Part shown: one piece after another, positions 48,071 through 55,833 of the stretch | How the letters are laid out: every line of letters starts with the position of its first letter | Position numbering within the stretch: position 1 is the stretch's first letter | DNA from: Alphaproteobacteria bacterium | Lineage (GTDB): Bacteria; Pseudomonadota; Alphaproteobacteria; RF32; CAG-239 | Reading direction: 5' to 3' | DNA: 64,000 nucleotides | NCBI GenBank assembly: GCA_045643605.1 | Contig: JAZULC010000018.1 | Location: forward strand, 53,700 to 117,699 | Translations under genes and position numbers: made by a program | Notes under the pieces: generated by a model | Databases searched by the model: none | What the model was told of the DNA's origin: nothing | The model's input: only the letters and a program-made list of their open reading frames with translations

Positions 48071-51000
48071 TCATTCTAGTGCTATTAGTTTCTTAATGAA
48101 ATCCTCATCATCTTGGAAAAATACATTATGATCTTCAAAATCTTCTTTATTCCAATCACCACGCCAATTAACTTGTCTAATGTTGGTATTGGAAATTATG
48201 GCTGAATTCAAAATCACGTTGTCATCATTCAAATCACGTTCTAATATTTTGATTCGCTTATGGAAAGTTATTTTGGTGTCGTTTTGACCATCCAAATTGC
48301 GAATACCCTTTGGATCAATAAAGGTTATATACTGTTTATTGTCTTTTACATGCCATAGAATAAAGTCTGGATAAAAATTTCCTTCCTCAAAGAAACCTAT
48401 ACCATTACCTCTACTACGATTTCTTAAGAGATAGAATTCATCATTGGCATATTTTTGTTTGTTTTTATTGTAATATTCCCTCAGCTGTTCCACAAACTTT
48501 GTTTCCCCATCATTCAGTGCCACAGGTTTAACTTCTATAACTTCATTGTTGTTCAATGACAATATCGGATTATATAAATGTGTTTGGAAGTACATTGACT
48601 TACCAAATGGAAAATCAAAATCTTTTAGTTGTCCTGACTTTATCAGATCAATAAGCTGACTGATCTTATGAATTACATCCATTGCGCTTTCTTGAATATA
48701 CACTCTGTACTCATCAATAAAGTTAGAATCTTCTGGCGTTAGCTCCTGATATACAAGTTTATCTTTTTCCCAATCTGATTTCTTGTAAAAATAAAATCTT
48801 TCACAGTATTTTTTCAATAAAGACACTATGATATCGTATGTTCTATCAAAGACGGAGAAGCTACTGAGATATAAATCTTCTCTTGGAATATACAAAGTGT
48901 ACCAATCATTGTGCTGGAATATTTCTTTTATCTCATCCACGCTCAAATTCAAGTTATACCAAGATTTCTCAGCCTTAAAATCTTGCATTTCCAGATATAT
49001 TTTATTCCAATCAATAAATGCTAAGTTATCGGCAGGAATTACATTTTCTTCTTTTTGATGTATAACGCCATCGGCAACACCTTTTGCTTTGATTGCTTGA
49101 ATCTTCGGATACCAATCAAGTACAACCTTGTTACGTGTTAAATATTCAAGATATTCCAGATTTGGTTTATCACCTTGTTTTTTGAAATCTAATCCTTCTT
49201 TTAATTTGATTACTTTGAGTTTTGTTTTCTTTGGCAAGTCACTCTTCAAAACAGGTATAATGTACTCTTCCTTTACATTACTACCAGATGGAAGACCTTC
49301 ATTTTCCAGATATTCCCTGAACTGACGCATATAATCTGCTCTAACACCGAATATATTAAGTGTTTCAAGATGTCGGATGATTCTGGCTTTATCATTTGAA
49401 AGATTCAGCGATTGAAGTGCAGATGTTCTTTTCAAACTGTTTTCATATCCTTTTAAGCGAACACCGCGTCCAAACAATTGAATAATTTCTGATCCTTCTG
49501 ATTTACCAATATTCATAAGTCCCATTGTGCTAACTCTAAAGCAATCCCAACCTTCGGTAAATTTTTTAGAACCAATCAAAACATTAACTGGAGAAGAGTT
49601 AGAAGTAATGCTGTCAAATACCGAACCGCTGAAATTCTTATCTGAAATAATCAATTCTTCGTGAGTTTTGCATAATTTAATCAATTCGGCACTATCACCA
49701 ACATTTATCAGACCAAATGCTTCATTCGTTCCAATTCTTAGTGAAATCTCTCCACTTGCACCACTGAGGTTTTCAACGTGTAATGAAGCTGCCGACTTTG
49801 CGTGGAATACCTTTTGCAGTATTTCATCATATAACTGCTTTCCAAACAACTCACCGACAAACGAAAAAGAATTGGAAAATATATCTTTTCCAGTGTTATC
49901 AAGCAATCCTGTCTTTCCTGACACTAAGATGTTTAATAATTCTATGCTTTGTCGTTCATCACGTACAAATTCTTCCAAAAACAGCAAAATATCTAAAACA
50001 TCGGATACAGCTCTTTTATTTTCCGTCCTAACTGCTGTAACCGTGCCACCGACAAATATCCATAACGGTTTTTCTATATTAAATGCTGCAATCTGTGACT
50101 TATTTTCTTCCCATACCTTGAGCTGCTGGAAATATGACAACAAACACCCAGTTAAATACTTCTTCCTGGTTAATTCAATGCTGTCGTCTGCTAGATTGAG
50201 GATTTTATAGTCTTTTCCATACCCATCACCATAAAACCACTTATACGAATAATCAAAAATTGTTGCTTTAGCATATTCGTTTTCTATATTTTCTTTGTTG
50301 GCTGCTTTGACCGCTTGTCCTAATGTGGCTGAATATTCAAAAGCAAAACCTTCGGTGGAAAGTCTATCTCTCTTTTCTTTCCATTCGTTACCCTGAGTAC
50401 CCTTATGTACTTCATCAATCAGCACCAAATTGTTGTTTTCAAAAGAATCTACGGATACGGTTTTTTCCTTACCTTCTTCTTTTAACTTAGAAATTTCAAT
50501 AATCTCAACGGTGTTAGCAGAAAACAACTGTCCAGCTTTTTTATCAAAGATCTCAGCACCAATTCTGGAAATATTAAAGTTTGCCAAATGTTGTTTAGAC
50601 AACCCTTCGTTCGGCGTAATAAGTAAGATTTTGTTCAAAGATCCTGTTTTCTTGTACTTCTCCATATAAAATCTGTATTGCAAGATGTTCATATGCATCA
50701 GCAGCGTCTTGCCAGAACCTGTGGCATTCCAAATAGCTATTTTGGATAAATCGGCTAATGTGTAATCTGGTATATCTATAAAATTGAGTGAACCTGACTT
50801 GAACTGATTTAATTCAGCAAGAAAACCTTCTTTATCATTGAAAAACTTATCTAGATATATTTCAACAAATAGCAAACAAAGATACTGGAAATACTTCCAT
50901 TTAATTACATCTTTGCGTTTTCCTTGCATTGCTTTGGTATGTTTGGTGATATTCATATCATAAGCAAGCAGAATGTCTTTATTTAATTTAGTAGACGTTT

Positions 51001-51190
51001 CAAATTGTTCGGTATCAACCAATCTTTTGTAGAAATAGCTGATTTGATTTTCATTCCACCCTTCTTTAACATCGGATAAAACTTTTGCAACAGATTCAAA
51101 ATCTTTGAAACCGATCTGATCAAGCATATAAGCATTGAGCATCAGCTTTTGTGCAAAAGGAATTTCCGTCTTTTTAATCTTCTTTGCCAT
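48071..51190 (-). CDS. ResIII-type SF2 helicase fused to a C-terminal PD-(D/E)xK nuclease (Type III Res-like restriction subunit)
   Basis: NATGSGKT Walker A, LIDEVHKG (DEVH box), QLFGRGVRL motif VI, and the C-terminal YPDFILWHVKDNKQYITFIDPKG (PD...DxK) at nt 48302-48373. The start ATG overlaps the upstream stop (TAATG). Confidence 0.85.
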   Translation of the reverse strand: MAKKIKKTEIPFAQKLMLNAYMLDQIGFKDFESVAKVLSDVKEGWNENQISYFYKRLVDTEQFETSTKLNKDILLAYDMNITKHTKAMQGKRKDVIKWKYFQYLCLLFVEIYLDKFFNDKEGFLAELNQFKSGSLNFIDIPDYTLADLSKIAIWNATGSGKTLLMHMNILQYRFYMEKYKKTGSLNKILLITPNEGLSKQHLANFNISRIGAEIFDKKAGQLFSANTVEIIEISKLKEEGKEKTVSVDSFENNNLVLIDEVHKGTQGNEWKEKRDRLSTEGFAFEYSATLGQAVKAANKENIENEYAKATIFDYSYKWFYGDGYGKDYKILNLADDSIELTRKKYLTGCLLSYFQQLKVWEENKSQIAAFNIEKPLWIFVGGTVTAVRTENKRAVSDVLDILLFLEEFVRDERQSIELLNILVSGKTGLLDNTGKDIFSNSFSFVGELFGKQLYDEILQKVFHAKSAASLHVENLSGASGEISLRIGTNEAFGLINVGDSAELIKLCKTHEELIISDKNFSGSVFDSITSNSSPVNVLIGSKKFTEGWDCFRVSTMGLMNIGKSEGSEIIQLFGRGVRLKGYENSLKRTSALQSLNLSNDKARIIRHLETLNIFGVRADYMRQFREYLENEGLPSGSNVKEEYIIPVLKSDLPKKTKLKVIKLKEGLDFKKQGDKPNLEYLEYLTRNKVVLDWYPKIQAIKAKGVADGVIHQKEENVIPADNLAFIDWNKIYLEMQDFKAEKSWYNLNLSVDEIKEIFQHNDWYTLYIPREDLYLSSFSVFDRTYDIIVSLLKKYCERFYFYKKSDWEKDKLVYQELTPEDSNFIDEYRVYIQESAMDVIHKISQLIDLIKSGQLKDFDFPFGKSMYFQTHLYNPILSLNNNEVIEVKPVALNDGETKFVEQLREYYNKNKQKYANDEFYLLRNRSRGNGIGFFEEGNFYPDFILWHVKDNKQYITFIDPKGIRNLDGQNDTKITFHKRIKILERDLNDDNVILNSAIISNTNIRQVNWRGDWNKEDFEDHNVFFQDDEDFIKKLIALE

Positions 51191-51981
51191 TATTCTGTCA
51201 CCGTTCCATCTTTAATATGATATTTTATCTTTTTCTTTTTACAAAAGCTTATTACTTGTTCGCTTAGTAAATTGTAAAATTCTTTATGTTGTTTATATTT
51301 TGATACTTCGGCATTATAATTGGTTCTTCCGAAAATTATTTTATCAACAAAAGATATTTTATCCAAGATCTGTTCTATATTTTGATCTATTAGGTTAGGT
51401 GTTGGATAAGGTTCCATACTTACCCACGTTTTACAGCCTTTAAGGTGTAAATTATAAAGAGCATTTAATCTTTCTTCATATCTTGCTGATCCTGGTTCAA
51501 ATTGCTCTCTATATTTCTCATCCAATGAAACCAAGGTAACACCGTACTCATTCTTCTTAGAATATTTGGATAATTCAATTGGTAACACACCTTTTGTTAG
51601 AACAGTACATTTAATATTTGCATTATTAAGTTTTTGTATAATTTTTAAGCTCATATCTTGAACTTCGTTGAATCCATACATAAAAGGATCTGATGAAAAA
51701 CAGAGATGTACTGATTTGATTTTATCCTTATACTTGGGAATTTCTTTATCAAGTAAATCCAAAGCATTTACAACTAATTTCGGTTCAAGCCATTCTTCAT
51801 AACTTTTAACTTTTCCAAACCTTTTAGCCATTAAAAAAGCATAGCAAGGATATTTACAACCATGTGCACAGCCTTGGATATGATTTATTGTATAATCACC
51901 ATACTCTACACCAGTTTTGTAAAGTAATGTTTTACGTTCAATATATCGAGTAACTTTTTTATCTATCATCTGACTAACCAT
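51190..51981 (-). CDS. Three-Cys-motif, radical-SAM-like protein (SplB/DUF5131-like TIM-barrel class), partner of TcmP
   Basis: YTINHIQGCAHGCKYPCYAF: the Cys residues at nt 51870-51844 are spaced CX3CX3C, one residue longer than the canonical CX3CX2C. 263 aa, with an 8-nt overlap with the TcmP-like gene. Confidence 0.7.
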   Translation of the reverse strand: MVSQMIDKKVTRYIERKTLLYKTGVEYGDYTINHIQGCAHGCKYPCYAFLMAKRFGKVKSYEEWLEPKLVVNALDLLDKEIPKYKDKIKSVHLCFSSDPFMYGFNEVQDMSLKIIQKLNNANIKCTVLTKGVLPIELSKYSKKNEYGVTLVSLDEKYREQFEPGSARYEERLNALYNLHLKGCKTWVSMEPYPTPNLIDQNIEQILDKISFVDKIIFGRTNYNAEVSKYKQHKEFYNLLSEQVISFCKKKKIKYHIKDGTVTE

Positions 51982-52810
51982 TCAATATATAATCAGCTAC
52001 CTTTTGTGCTAATCCCCAGGCTTTTTTTGATGGATTTGATACAGCAAAGCATAAAAGAAATAGAGGAGATTTTCTGGAATTATATAGTATTCTGTTTTTA
52101 TTTGATACAAATGGGAATTCTTGTTTTAATTTTTTCTGGATATATTGCACTAATTTATCTGTACTTTCCTTCACAACGTCCAATTCTCCGAACAAATTGC
52201 CTTGTGGACTTTCGCTGTACATTTCTTTTTCCCAGGAATCATCTCCAAACACCTGATTCAATTTATTTTTCCAACTCTCATCTATCTTTCCATCTCTTTT
52301 AAGCAATCTTGTTGTTGCAGAAAGAGGGAACAAATACCACAAATCTATGCTTTGTGTATTTTTTATCGCAGTTAAGACATCCCAGGAAACTTGCATAGCA
52401 CAAGGATCTAGAAACAATAAAGCTCGTGAAGCTTTCCAATCTATTTGAGAACATAATCTTTTGACCTCTGTTCCAGCATCTCCTTGAATTATATCAACCT
52501 TACTTGCTCTATCTGGATATTTAGTGGCAACAATCTTTCTCAGTTCTTGGCATTTATTTGGATCTAATTCTATAAAATAATAGTGATCAAATTCTTCTTT
52601 AGCACTCAAAGCTATTTGTACAGAGCCTTCTATATCAAAAGTTTCCCATTGATCTCCAATATCAATACTTCCTGTGCCAGCAAAAGCGTCTATATAAATT
52701 TTCTTAAACCGTTGCTTTTTTAGTGCCTGAACGTAAAAATTCAAATAATCTGAAAATATGTTTAACTTTTCAATTGTCCAACGCCCACCAAATTGTTGTA
52801 ATTGCGCCAT
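51974..52810 (-). CDS. tcmP: Three-Cys-motif partner protein TcmP-like (methyltransferase-fold-like motifs)
   Basis: FGGRWTIEKLNIFSDYLNFY...IYIDAFAGTGS...GSVQIAL...YYFIELD...LLFLDPC...DLWYLFP matches my recollection of the TIGRFAM TcmP family layout. It lies adjacent to a three-Cys protein, as that family is defined. Confidence 0.7.
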   Translation of the reverse strand: MAQLQQFGGRWTIEKLNIFSDYLNFYVQALKKQRFKKIYIDAFAGTGSIDIGDQWETFDIEGSVQIALSAKEEFDHYYFIELDPNKCQELRKIVATKYPDRASKVDIIQGDAGTEVKRLCSQIDWKASRALLFLDPCAMQVSWDVLTAIKNTQSIDLWYLFPLSATTRLLKRDGKIDESWKNKLNQVFGDDSWEKEMYSESPQGNLFGELDVVKESTDKLVQYIQKKLKQEFPFVSNKNRILYNSRKSPLFLLCFAVSNPSKKAWGLAQKVADYILNG

Positions 52811-52812
52811 CT

Positions 52813-55800
52813 CTACACATCCTTTACATCAAACATTCTTTTGAGAAATTCGGCTTCGGTTAGACGAACTTTCCACGTTTCATCACCTTTACGAAGGTTT
52901 TCAAGGTTGTTGTTGCCATTCACATAAATTGTATCAAATTCCATATCCAGTGTAGAATAGTTTTGTTTTTCAAACCAATTATCCAGAGTTTGATTATCTA
53001 CCACACTGGTATCACGCCACAAGACAAGAGTCTTTTCTCCAGCACGTGTTCTGCCCTCAATAGCAACAATTTCTTTGGATTTACGAATGCTTTCCACATT
53101 CAGACCAATTAAATAGTTAAATGTTTCTACCAAATCCACTTTGACAGTTTTTGTTTCTCCATCACGAGTGATTTTCATTTCATAATCAAACGGATGCTCA
53201 AAGTCAGAAACGTTTAATAAAGAACCTTGTGTTTCCAAATCCATCATATAGTTCAAGATGTATTCTTCTTTGATTTCTTTATTCTGTGGTTTGCTCAACA
53301 AGTCGCTTTGCTGTGCACTGCGTTCCACTTTCAAGTTATCTAAGGCATCTTCATATGATTCCAAACGGATGTATTTGAAACAATGGCTTGAACCCTTACG
53401 AGAAACAGGCTTACCGTCTTTCCAGTCTTCAGAATAAATGACTTTTTCAATACGAGGTTTAGTAACTAAATCAAAGTAGTTACCCATTTCAACCATAATG
53501 TATTTTCTTTTTCCATCATCTTGACGATTTGAGTTAATAACTGCGTGACCAGTCGTTCCAGAACCCGCAAAGTAATCCAGAATATATTCTGATGGCTGCA
53601 AGTTAATAAAATCTGCCACAGTATAAACACTTTTTACAGTATTTAAAGAAATGTCATAATTTACAAAATTTTTCATCATTTCTTTAACAAATTCTGTTCC
53701 ATACTCAGGATTGGCGTAAAGAGGTGAAACCCAAGTGGTTTTTGGTATTTCTCTTTCATAGGCAGGAGTATATATGGCATTATTTTTTGCAATATAAGTA
53801 TTACATTCGTTGGATACTCTAGGATATTCTCTTTGCCATACCAATTTTGTGCCATCATCCATTTTTGGTAGAACAAACACAAATCCTAAACGTGTATATT
53901 TTTCTTCTAATTGTTTAACATATAAATCATCAAATATTCCTGTTTCTTTTGAATATATCTTTTGGTATTCGTCTTTTTCAATTGTAAAAACGCTATTATT
54001 CTTAATTAACATAGGGTAATATCTATATGGACGTTCTTCTCTTCTGGAATTCGTGCCTGTCCTTTTCAAGGGTACCATTGAAGATTTTTTATCACGCTTT
54101 TCTACCCTTAATTCTCCTATACTTTCTTTATTTTTTGCGTAAATCACGTGGAAATCTGATATTTTATTGTTTTTATCCGCAACTCTTCCTTGAGGATTAC
54201 AAATTACAGTGATTATTGATATATAATTATCTTTTGAAAAAACATTGTTATTTATATAGCATAAGTTATTAAGTTCTATATCGTCAATTGCTTGATAGAT
54301 TAAACCATCATCAGACATCAACTTCTTTGCAATAGTCAATCTATTTTCATAAAGAGAATTCCAAGAACTGTCTTTATAATCGTTTTTATATATAATTGGA
54401 GATGATGCTGTATTATACGGGGGATCAATGTATATGCACTTTACCCGTTCTTTGTACTTTTCTTGCAACAAATTCAATGCTTGGAAGTTTTCACTATGAA
54501 TCAACAAACCATCACATTGCTTGTCAAAATCATCAATAGATGCCAACAACTTGTATTTGAATTCGGTATCAAAAAATGCCGTGTCTAACACCAAAAACGG
54601 ATTATTTTTCAAGAAATCTATGGTCAATTTACCTGAATATTCTTTGATTTCATCAATAGCAAACAGTTTGATCCATTCTTCTTTTTGTTTTTCATTAGCC
54701 ACAATTGCTGGATACAGCTCTTCTGGCACTCTATCAAGGGTAATGCAGTAGTTCGTTTCCAAAACAAATTTCTTTTTGAGCCATATTTTCTTTTGAAAGT
54801 TCTCCAATGATGATAAAAATTGAATAATCTTACGAGCAACACGGCGTAAAACCTTAATTTTACCAAGATATTGTTCAACTTTAGCTTCTGTTTCGCTGTC
54901 AATATCATCCAAGTGCATAATTTCGTTTTTGATGTAAAAATCAAGCTCTCGGTTCAAGAACTTGCCCAAATCCTTATGAATAAAGTAATCAAACGTGCTT
55001 TTGGCAGTGAAATTATTGATGTGCTTTAACAAAACAGTCATTCTGTTCTTTTCGGAGCCTGTTAATTTACTTAATTCACCGAAAATAGGCATTAAAACAG
55101 CATTTTTAAGCAATACGTCTACAGATTGTTTGTTTAATTCTTCTTGTTTAGGAGCTCCTTCCTCAGGCAAATAACTAAATAAAATAATAAATTCACCATT
55201 CTCTAATCTTACAGGATGTTCTTCTAATAGTTTGAAGCGTCTGTTTTTATCATCTTTGTTATTATTTTGTTCTGTTGTTGCAGAAACCACCTCAAAACGA
55301 ACTTTGTAATTACCTGCTTTAAATGTATAATTTGTTAGTGTCTCTCCTGATTTTATATAATATTGGTCTGCATTTGCCCAATGGAGCTTAACTTCTTCAC
55401 CCTCATACGGAAGAGCATACACACCTTCTTTGTAACGGCGAAGAGACATAAAGTCACCTTCGGAATAATAACGTTTAAAAAAGTTATAAAGGTCAGAATA
55501 AATCCCGTTCTCAACTTTTTCGGCATCAAACACAGAGGTTAATTTTGCCTTAAGCTCTTTTACTTTTGGCATAGTATCTGGATCAACACCCAGATCTTTT
55601 GCTGCTTTTATGGATTTATCTAAATCTTCTTGAATGGACTTATTATCACTGGATACGTATTTTGCCAATCCTTCTTTGACTTGTGGAAGCAAATCATTAT
55701 CAATGAATTGCGTTACTTCCTGTGACTTTAGATTCATAATCCGATACAAACCAAAATCCAGATCATTACGATCAAGCTGAAAAATTTCTCTTAATTTTCC

Positions 55801-55824
55801 TTGTAATTCTTCAAAAGCAGACAT
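52813..55824 (-). CDS. Site-specific DNA methyltransferase, beta-class N6A/N4C (Type III Mod-like), with a ~440-aa uncharacterised N-terminal region
   Basis: Motif IV IYIDPPYNT (DPPY at nt 54415-54426) precedes motif I DYFAGSGTTGHAV (nt 53557-53571), with ~280 aa (a putative TRD) between them. AAGAGG RBS upstream. Confidence 0.9.
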   Translation of the reverse strand: MSAFEELQGKLREIFQLDRNDLDFGLYRIMNLKSQEVTQFIDNDLLPQVKEGLAKYVSSDNKSIQEDLDKSIKAAKDLGVDPDTMPKVKELKAKLTSVFDAEKVENGIYSDLYNFFKRYYSEGDFMSLRRYKEGVYALPYEGEEVKLHWANADQYYIKSGETLTNYTFKAGNYKVRFEVVSATTEQNNNKDDKNRRFKLLEEHPVRLENGEFIILFSYLPEEGAPKQEELNKQSVDVLLKNAVLMPIFGELSKLTGSEKNRMTVLLKHINNFTAKSTFDYFIHKDLGKFLNRELDFYIKNEIMHLDDIDSETEAKVEQYLGKIKVLRRVARKIIQFLSSLENFQKKIWLKKKFVLETNYCITLDRVPEELYPAIVANEKQKEEWIKLFAIDEIKEYSGKLTIDFLKNNPFLVLDTAFFDTEFKYKLLASIDDFDKQCDGLLIHSENFQALNLLQEKYKERVKCIYIDPPYNTASSPIIYKNDYKDSSWNSLYENRLTIAKKLMSDDGLIYQAIDDIELNNLCYINNNVFSKDNYISIITVICNPQGRVADKNNKISDFHVIYAKNKESIGELRVEKRDKKSSMVPLKRTGTNSRREERPYRYYPMLIKNNSVFTIEKDEYQKIYSKETGIFDDLYVKQLEEKYTRLGFVFVLPKMDDGTKLVWQREYPRVSNECNTYIAKNNAIYTPAYEREIPKTTWVSPLYANPEYGTEFVKEMMKNFVNYDISLNTVKSVYTVADFINLQPSEYILDYFAGSGTTGHAVINSNRQDDGKRKYIMVEMGNYFDLVTKPRIEKVIYSEDWKDGKPVSRKGSSHCFKYIRLESYEDALDNLKVERSAQQSDLLSKPQNKEIKEEYILNYMMDLETQGSLLNVSDFEHPFDYEMKITRDGETKTVKVDLVETFNYLIGLNVESIRKSKEIVAIEGRTRAGEKTLVLWRDTSVVDNQTLDNWFEKQNYSTLDMEFDTIYVNGNNNLENLRKGDETWKVRLTEAEFLKRMFDVKDV

Positions 55825-55833
55825 TTCAACCTC

